Shown: positions 36,340 through 46,026 of the stretch, piece after piece
Position numbering within the stretch: the first letter of the stretch is position 1
How the letters are laid out: each line of letters begins with the position of its first letter
Source: Chitinophagaceae bacterium
GTDB lineage: Bacteria; Bacteroidota; Bacteroidia; Chitinophagales; Chitinophagaceae
Direction: 5' to 3'
Assembly (NCBI GenBank): GCA_035388625.1
Contig: DAOOQH010000001.1
Location: forward strand, 463-64,462
Length of the DNA: 64,000 nt
The notes under the pieces: model-generated
Databases searched by the model: none
What the model saw: the letters and a program-made list of their open reading frames with translations, nothing else
Told to the model about the DNA's origin: nothing
Program-made: the position numbers and the translations under genes

Positions 36340-38834
36340 TAATCAGTATCATTACCTGTGCTTATACCAATGGAAGCACCATTGATACCAATTCGAATAC
36401 CATAAACAGGATTTTTTAAATTGCTATAACCAACAACTCCATCTACACGAAACATTCGGAATAGCTTGTACCCAATATTTTCGAGCCCAGCTGATATTTC
36501 AATATAATTATTATCTTGATTTACATAATAGGCATTTCCACTTGCTACTAAATACCATTTCAAATTTCTAAAAAGTGGCAATTTATTTGTAAGCAAGCCA
36601 TTAAAATGATGCTCTGCATGAAGAGTTGTAAAAAACTTTTCGGTATTACTGTTAGCATAATAAGGTGAAAGTTGAAAACTATTAAGATATTGTGAGGCAA
36701 GAATAGTTTGATTGCCATTAAAATGATTGAAATCGGCTAAATAAACCTTCTCCTTACTTATAAAACCGCCAACTGCAATCCTATAACTAAATTGCCCCCA
36801 TAAGTTAAAGTCCATATCATCTTCCATATTCGCCATCCATTTATCGTAATTAACATCACTCAATAATATAGACAGTCCCTTTGTATATTGAACTCCGAAC
36901 GTGGGATAATTAGAAGAAGATGAGACAATTCGATCAGGATATTTGATATATTTTCGACCTGGTTGAAACGATGCCGATACATTCGCAATAAGCGCTTGGT
37001 GTCGAGGTTCAAAATCTGATAGTTGCTCTGTTGGATAATTTTCAGTAAATCTTTGTTCACTGGTTTTACGATAACAATACAAATTTGTATTTCTTAAAGG
37101 CATTCGATCTTGATAATTGATACGTCCTTCTATAGTTAAACCGCTGACAAATTTTTTATTCATTTTAATTTCACCAAACCAGGCCTGATAAAATTTCAAA
37201 TAATTTCGACCTGCAAATAAGGTATAATATGAATTAATTAGTGAATTTACAGGCTCGCTATTATTATATTGAAATACAAATCTTCCAGCAGATAATTCAA
37301 TATTTGTTTTATTTGTTTTTCCGAATTTATACTTTGTTGTTAGCTTGGCATTGAATTGTTGATTACTAAATCCATATCTCATTTTTAAAGCAGTTGAAAA
37401 TGTTCTGTCATCATCTATTGTATTGATATATTTAAGTCCAAACCAATAATTAACTCCTTCCACTGTATTCCAACTAAATTGATTGCCGCCTGCTAAAGGC
37501 GTGGTTTTAAAAATTTGCCCTTTTCCAATCTTTTTGATATACCCGCGTAACGCAAATGACTTTAATGTATTTTTAGCGGGTTTGATACTATCCTTTTTTG
37601 CTAGATTGATTTTCTCGATACTATCTTTTTTAATAAAATCCGCAATTTCTTCTTCATCTAAAGGCACTGGACGAAGGGTGTCCCAATATTCCTTTGTTTG
37701 GGTTAATGCGCTTTCTTCATACACTCTTTTATATTTATCAAATGTTTTCTTTGTATCATAATCAAAAATATAATCTGTAAAAACATTTACAAAATTGCCA
37801 CTAAAACTAAATCCCATTAGTTTAAATTTCATTTTAAAGCTCTGATCTTTTACCATGAGAATATTGTTGACTGGTACAAAAATTTGCTTCACCTGAACTG
37901 TATCAAGTAATTCTAATTGATGCAAATGGTCAACCATTAAATCAACACTGTGAAGTCGCCATTCGTCTTCAATGATATGAATTGTTCCAGCAAAAACAGG
38001 TTCAAATTTTCGACGTGGTATCACCTTAATCGCACTAATTGTTTTTCCATCTTCTTGATAAGTTTCAAGCAATTCATACTTATAACTAAGCAAAGCCGTT
38101 TCGGCAATAGGTGAAATAAAACCACGTGGACTCAAGCTTTCAGAGAATTGAACATTATTATCGTACATATTTACAAATAAAGGTTCACTAAATCCATACC
38201 CGCTTCGATCACCACTTTTACGACTACTTTTGACGGTTATTTTTAATTTATTTGGTTTCTTATAAGCGATTTCATTGTATGATTCGGATAGCATTAAAAT
38301 TCCTTTTAGATCTTCCATTTCTTGATTACTTGCAGAATCTTTTTTTGACATACCCATTAACGACATCATCATACCGGTTGATGCGATATCATTTAATTTA
38401 ATGCTTCCTTTAATATAAGCATTCGCCTTGTAAGCATCAATTTGTTTATTATATTCCGAACGCTTTTTGATTGTTTTACGAATCATACGATAGGCAGGAT
38501 CTTCCCCTTTTTTAACCACCACTTGTTTCAACTCTTTACCGCGCGAAACAAGTATGAAGTTTTTTGTACTTATTTCCTGATCTATTTTAATCTCCACTTC
38601 TTGTCGCTGATATCCAACATATTGACAAATCAAAATATGGCTACCTAATGGCAATTCAAATACATAATTCCCATCTAAATTTGTGGTGGTGCCTGTACTT
38701 GTACCTTTCAAGTAAACACTTGCAAATGGCAAAGCTTCGCCTTTTTCGTCAGTTACTTTACCTTTTAATTTGGCGGCATGCATTGAAGTGAAAATCAAAC
38801 TGAATAATAAGAAGAGTAAGGAGCGTTTTTTCAT
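36336..38834 (-). CDS. carboxypeptidase-regulatory-like domain plus DUF5686 outer-membrane protein
   Basis: Signal peptide, then an N-terminal CarboxypepD_reg pattern (KLKGKVTDEKGEALPFASVYLKGTSTGTTTNLDGNY.F) and a long beta-rich C-terminal region typical of DUF5686 proteins. Confidence 0.75.
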   Translation of the reverse strand: MKKRSLLFLLFSLIFTSMHAAKLKGKVTDEKGEALPFASVYLKGTSTGTTTNLDGNYVFELPLGSHILICQYVGYQRQEVEIKIDQEISTKNFILVSRGKELKQVVVKKGEDPAYRMIRKTIKKRSEYNKQIDAYKANAYIKGSIKLNDIASTGMMMSLMGMSKKDSASNQEMEDLKGILMLSESYNEIAYKKPNKLKITVKSSRKSGDRSGYGFSEPLFVNMYDNNVQFSESLSPRGFISPIAETALLSYKYELLETYQEDGKTISAIKVIPRRKFEPVFAGTIHIIEDEWRLHSVDLMVDHLHQLELLDTVQVKQIFVPVNNILMVKDQSFKMKFKLMGFSFSGNFVNVFTDYIFDYDTKKTFDKYKRVYEESALTQTKEYWDTLRPVPLDEEEIADFIKKDSIEKINLAKKDSIKPAKNTLKSFALRGYIKKIGKGQIFKTTPLAGGNQFSWNTVEGVNYWFGLKYINTIDDDRTFSTALKMRYGFSNQQFNAKLTTKYKFGKTNKTNIELSAGRFVFQYNNSEPVNSLINSYYTLFAGRNYLKFYQAWFGEIKMNKKFVSGLTIEGRINYQDRMPLRNTNLYCYRKTSEQRFTENYPTEQLSDFEPRHQALIANVSASFQPGRKYIKYPDRIVSSSSNYPTFGVQYTKGLSILLSDVNYDKWMANMEDDMDFNLWGQFSYRIAVGGFISKEKVYLADFNHFNGNQTILASQYLNSFQLSPYYANSNTEKFFTTLHAEHHFNGLLTNKLPLFRNLKWYLVASGNAYYVNQDNNYIEISAGLENIGYKLFRMFRVDGVVGYSNLKNPVYGIRIGINGASIGISTGNDTDY

Positions 38835-39001
38835 AATAAATAGATATTAAAATAAAAGTATAAAATTGAAGTTTCAAATTCAAGAATAAATTGTTGAGCG
38901 GTCAATTTTCGACTTAAATAGGCAGAATCATAATTTCATGTTTAGTTGACATTTGAATATCCTCATTTCAAGATGTATATTAGCACATTAGAAAATTAAT
39001 T

Positions 39002-39997
39002 TTGAGATATCAATTTGCAATTATCGGTAACGGAAGCTGGAGTTCAGCATTGGTGAAAATACTTAATGATAATGGGCATCATGTTAATTGGTGGATGAGA
39101 AGTCAAACTGCAATTGAACATATTCGTAAAGCACATCATAATCCAAATTATTTAACATCAGTGAATTATGATATGAATTTAATTCACTTGTTTGAAGATC
39201 TTGAACGATGTATTATCGAATCGAACATTATTTTAATTGGTATTCCGTCTGCATTTATAGTTGATACTATAGGTAATTTGCCGAAAGATATTTTCAATAA
39301 TAAAAAAATATTGTCTGCGGTGAAAGGTATTTTGCCTAATCAAAATTCACTGCTAAATGAATATCTTGACAAAACATTTACTTTTCCTATTGCTGATTAT
39401 TGTTGTATAGCCGGACCTTGTCATGCCGAAGAAATTGCTGCTGAAAAACTTTCTTATTTAACCTTTGCTTCAGAAAGTATTGATTTATCAAAATCGATTG
39501 CTTCTTATTTTGCGAATCATTATCTACATACTGTTGTTAGTAATGATGTTTTTGGTGTACAGTATGCTGCTGTATTAAAAAATATTTATGCATTAGGAGC
39601 CGGTATTGCACATGGCCTTGATTATGGCGATAATTTTTTAAGTGTTTATATCACAAATTGCTTCGCAGAATTGCAGTATTTTATGGATATTATTTCAACG
39701 CAAACTCAACATCATTATAATACAAGTGCTTATCTTGGCGATTTATTAGTAACCTGCTATTCATTGCATAGCCGTAATAGAACCTTCGGTAATTTTATTG
39801 GAAAAGGTTATTCTGTTAACGCTACTAAACTCGAATTAAATATGGTGGCAGAAGGATATTATGCAAGTAAAGGTATTTATGAAATTTGTTCTAAATTAAA
39901 TTATAACCTTCCAATTGCTAATAGAATTTATACTATTTTATGGAAACAACAATCAGCCAAAATTGTTTTCAACGAAATAGAAAGCATTTGTCATTAG
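39002..39997 (+). CDS. gpsA: NAD(P)H-dependent glycerol-3-phosphate dehydrogenase
   Basis: N-terminal Rossmann motif AIIGNGSW..AL, a central KG. segment and the C-terminal pattern EG..A...I. typical of GpsA. Only TTG (39002) precedes the GxGxxG motif. Confidence 0.85.
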   Translation: MRYQFAIIGNGSWSSALVKILNDNGHHVNWWMRSQTAIEHIRKAHHNPNYLTSVNYDMNLIHLFEDLERCIIESNIILIGIPSAFIVDTIGNLPKDIFNNKKILSAVKGILPNQNSLLNEYLDKTFTFPIADYCCIAGPCHAEEIAAEKLSYLTFASESIDLSKSIASYFANHYLHTVVSNDVFGVQYAAVLKNIYALGAGIAHGLDYGDNFLSVYITNCFAELQYFMDIISTQTQHHYNTSAYLGDLLVTCYSLHSRNRTFGNFIGKGYSVNATKLELNMVAEGYYASKGIYEICSKLNYNLPIANRIYTILWKQQSAKIVFNEIESICH

Positions 39998-40629
39998 ACA
40001 TTCACTTTGTCTTGAGCAGCCATTTCTTTTGAATGTCTTTTTTCTTCTTTAGCTTCAAACATTTCTTCAGTTTCATAACCTGCAGCACCGCCGCTTACTG
40101 CCATTTTCATTGCATCACTTGGATTCATTTCTAAGGGAGTAACCGATTCCTTTGGCACAATAACAGTGACTCCGCTAACCGCATACGAATGTGGCATATA
40201 AACAGCGATCATATTGATGAGTCCTATTTGACCCAAATCTTGTTGGGTTATAAAACCAATTTGATAGAGTTCAGGATGAGTTCGCATTTTAACCAATACA
40301 GGTTTTGTAAATTTTCGTTTATCACCCATGAATCCTTCAACTACTTCTTTTACAGAGGTATAAATAAATTTCAAAAAAGGTGTGCGTTCAAGAACTGAAT
40401 CAAAAAAACTGATCAAAAATTTCCACACAAAAAAAGTAGACCCAAGCCAACCAATAATTACAAGCGAGCCTATGACAATTAAAAAACCTAATCCACGAGG
40501 CACATAGGGTACTTTTGTATCAATAAAGTCGAAAATTGAATAAGCGGCCCATGCAGTAACTGCAATTGGGGAAATGATGATGATTCCTTGAAGAAAATAC
40601 CGAAGAATAAGACGAGCAGCGTTGCGCAT
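39994..40629 (-). CDS. DUF502 membrane protein
   Basis: Two N-terminal TM helices after R...L..G.....P...T.W, then the conserved soluble domain (..IGF.T.. ...V..P.S.....G....VP). Confidence 0.7.
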   Translation of the reverse strand: MRNAARLILRYFLQGIIIISPIAVTAWAAYSIFDFIDTKVPYVPRGLGFLIVIGSLVIIGWLGSTFFVWKFLISFFDSVLERTPFLKFIYTSVKEVVEGFMGDKRKFTKPVLVKMRTHPELYQIGFITQQDLGQIGLINMIAVYMPHSYAVSGVTVIVPKESVTPLEMNPSDAMKMAVSGGAAGYETEEMFEAKEEKRHSKEMAAQDKVNV

Positions 40630-40675
40630 GATGCAAAGATAGTAGTACTTACATGATAAAATAACAGAATTAAAT

Positions 40676-40683
40676 TACTTTTG
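40676..40683 (+). promoter_or_regulatory. -7 box TACTTTTG upstream of pheS
   Basis: Perfect TAnnTTTG ending 4 nt before the pheS ATG (40688), which suggests a leaderless mRNA. Confidence 0.35.
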
Positions 40684-40687
40684 CCAC

Positions 40688-41719
40688 ATGCAAGAAATTT
40701 TAGACAAAGTTGAACAACTTAAAAGAGAAATTCAAGAAACAGCATTATCAAATGCTGAAGAACTTGAGAAATATCGAATTCGTTTTCTGGGAACCAAAGG
40801 TTTGGTCAAAGAACTAATGGGAGAAATGAAAAATGTTTCTAAAGAATTAAAAAAAGATTTTGGCGCTAAACTCAATGAATTTAAAGTATTTGCCGAAACC
40901 AAATATGATGAATTTAAAGGAATTGAAACTTCACAAAACGAAAACCAATTACCTAAAACTGACTATTCTTTACCAAGTTACCCTTCTGAAACTGGTAGCA
41001 GACATCCAATTCAAATTGTGATGAATAAAATGATTTCTATTTTTGAAAAAATTGGATTTACTGTAACCGAGGGACCAGAAATTGAAGATGACTGGCATAA
41101 TTTTAATGCACTTAATTTGCCCGAAAATCATCCCGCACGTGATATGCAGGATACATTTTATATTTCTAAAAACCCCGATTGGTTGCTTCGAACGCATACA
41201 AGTAGTGTTCAAGTTCGAGTAATGAAAGAAGGCAAATTACCTATCCGACAAATTTTTCCTGGTCGTGTTTATAGAAATGAAACCGTTTCGGCACGAGCTC
41301 ATTGCTTTTTCCATCAAATTGAAGGCTTATATATTGATGAAAAGGTTTCATTTGCCGATTTAAAACAAACGCTTTATTATTTTGTGAAAGAAATGTTTGG
41401 CGCTGATGTACAGGTTCGTTTCCGTCCTTCTTATTTCCCATTTACAGAGCCAAGTGCCGAAATGGATGTAAGTTGCTTTATTTGTAATAGTAAAGGGTGT
41501 AATGTTTGTAAACATACGGGTTGGGTTGAAATTTTAGGTTGCGGAATGGTTCATCCTAATGTATTGACTAATTGTGGTATTGATGCTGAAAAGTATACTG
41601 GTTTTGCTTGGGGTATGGGTGTTGAGCGCACAACCATGATGCAATACGGCATTACTGATATACGTGTATTATCTGAAAATGATACGCGGTTTTTAGATCA
41701 GTTTAAAAATGTTGTTTAA
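40688..41719 (+). CDS. pheS: phenylalanine--tRNA ligase alpha subunit
   Basis: Class II motifs (HPARDMQDTFY, FRPSYFPFTEPSAE, GMG.ER) and the correct size of 343 aa. Confidence 0.96.
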   Translation: MQEILDKVEQLKREIQETALSNAEELEKYRIRFLGTKGLVKELMGEMKNVSKELKKDFGAKLNEFKVFAETKYDEFKGIETSQNENQLPKTDYSLPSYPSETGSRHPIQIVMNKMISIFEKIGFTVTEGPEIEDDWHNFNALNLPENHPARDMQDTFYISKNPDWLLRTHTSSVQVRVMKEGKLPIRQIFPGRVYRNETVSARAHCFFHQIEGLYIDEKVSFADLKQTLYYFVKEMFGADVQVRFRPSYFPFTEPSAEMDVSCFICNSKGCNVCKHTGWVEILGCGMVHPNVLTNCGIDAEKYTGFAWGMGVERTTMMQYGITDIRVLSENDTRFLDQFKNVV

Positions 41720-42690
41720 TGATACTTGTAACTGGCGGATCTGGTTTAGTAGGTCAACATCTGCTTGAAGCCTTGCTTAAAACTGGAGAGAAAATTCGTG
41801 CCACTTATCGAAATGAAATTCCAAGTTTTTTTACAAATATTTCAACCAATTCAATTGACTGGTTCGAATGTGATTTACTTGATATCCCTTCGCTAGAACC
41901 TGCCTTTGAAAATATAACCCATGTTTATCATTGTGCTGCAATGGTAAGTTACGATCCACGTAAAAAGGATGAAATGATGTTGGTTAATATTGAGGGCACG
42001 GCTAATATTGTTAATCTTTGTTTAGATAAAAACATAGAAAAACTATGTCATGTTAGCTCAATTTCAACATTAAGCGATGGGGCAAATAACGAGCTTATTT
42101 CAGAAAAAAATGATTGGGAAGATCACCCAGAAAATTCAAATTACTCAATTAGCAAACAAGGCGCTGAAATGGAAGTTTGGCGGGGCATTGCAGAAGGATT
42201 ATCTGCAGTCATCATTAATCCAGGCATTATTCTTGGTGAAGGCAATATTTTAAAAAGCAGTTCAAACTTGTTTAAAATTGTACGTGATGAATTTCTCTAT
42301 TATACACAAGGCATAACAGCTTGGGTAGATGTGAAGGATGTAGTGAATGTAATGATTTTATTAATGAATAGCCAAATTCAAAATGAACGATTTATTGTGA
42401 GTGCCGGCAATTATTCGTACCACGATATATTTACTTTAATGGCAAAGGCACTACATAAAAAGCCACCTCATAAATTAGCCAGTCCTTGGATGACCGAATT
42501 AGTTTGGCGAATTTCATACTTGAAAAGCTTGATTACGGGCACTGTGGCTACTATAACTAAAGAAACAGCGAGAAGTTCTCAGAAAAAAAGGCGATTTGAT
42601 CAATCAAAATTACTTCGTGCCTTAGGTGATTTTCAATACACAAAGATTGAAGAAACAATTGAAAGAGTTTCGAAAAGCTATAGCAATTAA
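41719..42690 (+). CDS. NAD-dependent epimerase/dehydratase family (extended SDR) protein
   Basis: N-terminal ILVTGGSGLVGQHL Rossmann motif and a YSISK catalytic segment (YxxxK). The start overlaps the pheS stop (TAATG). Confidence 0.8.
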   Translation: MILVTGGSGLVGQHLLEALLKTGEKIRATYRNEIPSFFTNISTNSIDWFECDLLDIPSLEPAFENITHVYHCAAMVSYDPRKKDEMMLVNIEGTANIVNLCLDKNIEKLCHVSSISTLSDGANNELISEKNDWEDHPENSNYSISKQGAEMEVWRGIAEGLSAVIINPGIILGEGNILKSSSNLFKIVRDEFLYYTQGITAWVDVKDVVNVMILLMNSQIQNERFIVSAGNYSYHDIFTLMAKALHKKPPHKLASPWMTELVWRISYLKSLITGTVATITKETARSSQKKRRFDQSKLLRALGDFQYTKIEETIERVSKSYSN

Positions 42691-42715
42691 GGCTTCAATA
42701 TATATTTATCGTCAA

Positions 42716-43024
42716 CTATTTTGAATTCAATTCAACCCAAGCAAGTATACCGCCTGTTAAATTTTTAGTATTGGTAAAACCCATTTGCTCAAGCACAGCA
42801 CAAGCTTGCATACTTCTAACACCACTTCTGCAATGAACGATCACTTCTTTATCTTTCCAATCTTCGATAGGTTCAATCTGCATACTTAAAACATTCCCCA
42901 ACGGGAGTAGAAGCGCGCCCATATTCACTTCGGCATACTCATGTGGTTCGCGTACATCAAGAATAAATAATTCTTCACCAGCGTCTTTTCTCTCTTTTAG
43001 TTCATTAACTGTAATTAGTTGCAT
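42716..43024 (-). CDS. rhodanese-like domain protein
   Basis: 102 aa with the active-site loop HCRSGVRS and the flanking D.RE..E and GG...W pattern. Confidence 0.85.
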   Translation of the reverse strand: MQLITVNELKERKDAGEELFILDVREPHEYAEVNMGALLLPLGNVLSMQIEPIEDWKDKEVIVHCRSGVRSMQACAVLEQMGFTNTKNLTGGILAWVELNSK

Positions 43025-44865
43025 TAGAGTTTATATATTTTTTTTGAAATTGAATTACCTTTTGAATCAATGAGTACAAGAATATAATTGCCAGGTTGAA
43101 GATGACTTATATCCAATGTATTATTCTTTATTAAATCAGTCCCTTGTAAACTTCCTTGAATTGAATAAATACGACATTCTTTAAAAATTTCTTTCGACTC
43201 AACATACAATAAATCGCTTGTTGGATTTGGGAAAAGTTCAACTTGTACACTTGAATTTTTGATAATTTGAGTGACAGCCGTTGGTACAAACTCTTGTCCT
43301 ACAATTGGCCTCATCATAACACTACCCACTGTATTTGAAGAATACCATGTACCATCTACATTATAGGAAAGCTTTTGAAGATTAGTATTAGTATTTACAT
43401 CTAAACCATAATAAATACTATCACTTCCAAAATTCGCTGGTTGCGTAATTCCAATATAATAATCGCCAGCAGCAAGTGATTTAGGTTGTGAAAATGCATA
43501 GCTTGAAAAACCATTATACGAGGGTTCATATTGAACTTTAAGTAAATCTTCTTGCAATATGATTGAATCATTTATACCTAAGCTTCCCAACGATTTATAT
43601 AATACAATTGAAAAATACTTGCCTAAGGCCGTTGGCACTTGTGGCCCGAAATGAACCATTAAGCCTCTTATTGTGTCAGCCTCATTCAGTGTAAATTTCA
43701 AAGCAGTTTTTGAAGGATAATTGATAGCCGGCAAAAGAAAATATGACTTCTCTGCGCTTCCATCATCATAAGCGAAATAATTATCAAAAACGGCATCCTC
43801 AACTATCGTATCATTTTGTTTTCGATCATTGATATTTACTGGTGGATAAAAATAGGTATTTCGAATCACCACTTTACTTTTATTGGATGGTGGTGTATAA
43901 GCAATATTATACGTTAGAAAGGATTCTTGTATAAAAGATTTAGAAGCTATATTAGCTGAAGGCAAAGATTGTGAATTGATTGATGTGTTTGAAATAAATT
44001 CCCTCGCAGAAGAATTCAATGAAACAGTTTGAGAAATTGAATACAAATTAACCACTTCAATATCTTGTGTTGCCGACACTTCATTTGTTTGATTGGCAAT
44101 AAAATGTCGATAAGGCATTGAACTATAATTTTTCAAAATTGAAGTTGGCTGACTTGAAAAGGCCATATCATTCATTGAAGTATCATTAATGTTTCGATTT
44201 TTATCTATCTTAATATAATCTAGATTCCAAACATCATCATTGGTATTTAATGATGCAATATTTACAAATCGAAATTGAAAATCACTATGAAAAAATTGAG
44301 GATCTACTATTGAATCAATTACATAAGTAAATCCTGTAATAGCCGACCCTTTTTTTTGCCAAATGCGCACCCATTGATTTGTGTTATTTTTAAAATACAA
44401 AAATAGACTATCCTTACTTTCTGGTGCAAATCCTAAACCTTGCGGTTGATAATAAAAACTAAAATAAATATTATCTGCAGATGTGTATGTTGATAGATCT
44501 ATCGTTGTAGAAGTTAGACTATCCGCAAATCCCGAATTAAAAGGTTGGTCAAAATAAGGTCGCCCCAATTCGTTTAATCCATCAAAGGTTGCAACCCCTC
44601 TAGTAGGTGGAAAAGACCCCATCGTATTATTGATATAAACCTTATTATCTTCCCATAAGGTAGCATCAGGGTAAGGCCCTTGATACGAAAAATCATCTAT
44701 AAAGGGTAAAATGGCTCTTGTCTTTTTTGATTGAAAAGGCTTAATTGATTTTGATTGGTACACTGCATTTTGAGTAAGCGGCACTACTATTTCTTGAGCA
44801 AATAAACTCGTTGTCAAATTAAATGACAAGAAAAACATGAGGAAGAATGTAGTGGCTTTTTTCAA
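43024..44865 (-). CDS. T9SS-secreted protein of unknown function
   Basis: Signal peptide and a C-terminal Por-type sorting domain (VELFPNPTSDLLYV ... GNYILVLID). The body is not recognised. TTG start (44863..44865) directly follows the PASTA gene stop. The stop overlaps the rhodanese ATG (TAATG). Confidence 0.7.
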   Translation of the reverse strand: MKKATTFFLMFFLSFNLTTSLFAQEIVVPLTQNAVYQSKSIKPFQSKKTRAILPFIDDFSYQGPYPDATLWEDNKVYINNTMGSFPPTRGVATFDGLNELGRPYFDQPFNSGFADSLTSTTIDLSTYTSADNIYFSFYYQPQGLGFAPESKDSLFLYFKNNTNQWVRIWQKKGSAITGFTYVIDSIVDPQFFHSDFQFRFVNIASLNTNDDVWNLDYIKIDKNRNINDTSMNDMAFSSQPTSILKNYSSMPYRHFIANQTNEVSATQDIEVVNLYSISQTVSLNSSAREFISNTSINSQSLPSANIASKSFIQESFLTYNIAYTPPSNKSKVVIRNTYFYPPVNINDRKQNDTIVEDAVFDNYFAYDDGSAEKSYFLLPAINYPSKTALKFTLNEADTIRGLMVHFGPQVPTALGKYFSIVLYKSLGSLGINDSIILQEDLLKVQYEPSYNGFSSYAFSQPKSLAAGDYYIGITQPANFGSDSIYYGLDVNTNTNLQKLSYNVDGTWYSSNTVGSVMMRPIVGQEFVPTAVTQIIKNSSVQVELFPNPTSDLLYVESKEIFKECRIYSIQGSLQGTDLIKNNTLDISHLQPGNYILVLIDSKGNSISKKIYKL

Positions 44866-45960
44866 TTAATTGAATTCGTTTGAGATTGTATTATCGTTGC
44901 TTTTTACGGGAGTAGATTTTGATTCTGTTTTAGGTTTTGGTTTGGGTTTAGGTTTTTTATCAGCCCCTATAACGCTTGAATTCGCTGTTTTGGTATTTTT
45001 ATCCTTCGAACTATTTTTTTGCATAGGATCTATAACCGGAGATGAATGCACATTCATACCTGGTATTTTCTTTTTCTTTTTTAAACTGTCAGGTATCTCC
45101 TTTCTTGGAATTGGTGCTACTTGATCGGTTGGCATTTCATTTGAATCTGTAATCGCTTCTTCTCCAATTAATTTCTTAGAGCCAGGTTGATTATTTTTCA
45201 AAATCTCTTCAGATGGATTTTGCATAATTCGCACATCAATGATATCCCCTTCTGGTATTGAATTTTTAAAATCTAATTCATTCATCGCTTCTGGCTGTTG
45301 CATATAAACAATGGCAGAATTACTATCTGTTATAGCTCCTTCCCAAACTGCATTTGAATTGAGCGATAATGATTCAATCAAATTTTTTGCCTCAGACCAA
45401 CTCATACCAATTAAATTAGGCACTTCTTGCTCGCCTGACAAACCTTCGCCAATAACCAAATCAATTTTTGTTCCAAAAGGCACCATTGTACCCGGCGTTA
45501 TTTGTTTTCCCTTAACCCATTGTTCAAGCACAGCACCCGCCGCCACATCGGGTCGATAACTAGTATCACCCATTTCAAGACTATAACTTTTCATTGTTAA
45601 TAATGCATTTCTAAAAGACATATTAACAAGGTCAGGCATTTCAATAGAAGGCGGTGTTTTACGATTTACAGTTAAAAAAATGGTTCGACCAACTTTTACA
45701 AATGTACCTGCTTCAGGTTCTTGAAATAAAACCTCTAAAGGATCTTTATAGGATTGGTAGGTTGAATCAATTTGTATTCTATATCCTAACGACTCTAATT
45801 CTTTGACTGCAACACTAAGTTTTTTACCCATTAGTGTTGGCACTGTAGCTTGTTTACCATGATTTGTTAACCAATTCAGCGAGCTAAAAAATAAAAAAAG
45901 TAAACCCACAACAATGAGGCTTATTAGGATTAGGTTAAATAAGAATGATTTTTTAAGCAC
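44866..45960 (-). CDS. PASTA domain-containing membrane protein
   Basis: An N-terminal TM helix, three PASTA-like repeats (VPTLMGKKLSVAVKELESLG, MPDLVNMSFRNALLTM, VPNLIGMSWSEAKNLIESL) and a low-complexity KPKPKPKPK tail. GTG start. Sits downstream of ddl, as is common in Bacteroidota. Confidence 0.8.
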   Translation of the reverse strand: MLKKSFLFNLILISLIVVGLLFLFFSSLNWLTNHGKQATVPTLMGKKLSVAVKELESLGYRIQIDSTYQSYKDPLEVLFQEPEAGTFVKVGRTIFLTVNRKTPPSIEMPDLVNMSFRNALLTMKSYSLEMGDTSYRPDVAAGAVLEQWVKGKQITPGTMVPFGTKIDLVIGEGLSGEQEVPNLIGMSWSEAKNLIESLSLNSNAVWEGAITDSNSAIVYMQQPEAMNELDFKNSIPEGDIIDVRIMQNPSEEILKNNQPGSKKLIGEEAITDSNEMPTDQVAPIPRKEIPDSLKKKKKIPGMNVHSSPVIDPMQKNSSKDKNTKTANSSVIGADKKPKPKPKPKTESKSTPVKSNDNTISNEFN

Positions 45961-46026
45961 GTTTGATTTTTCTAACGGGTAAAAATAAGGTATTTGATCA
46001 CGTAAAAAAGCGTATTTTGAATTATT

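Noticed and set aside
38997-39004. Perfect TAATTTTG -7 box overlapping the gpsA TTG start
   Set aside because: If it were the promoter, the transcript would start downstream of the only start codon that precedes the GxGxxG Rossmann motif. It is probably a chance match in AT-rich sequence.
41861-41869. tRNA T-arm-like string ggttcgaat
   Set aside because: It lies inside the SDR epimerase CDS with no acceptor or anticodon stem around it. No tRNA-like cloverleaf was found in any intergenic region.
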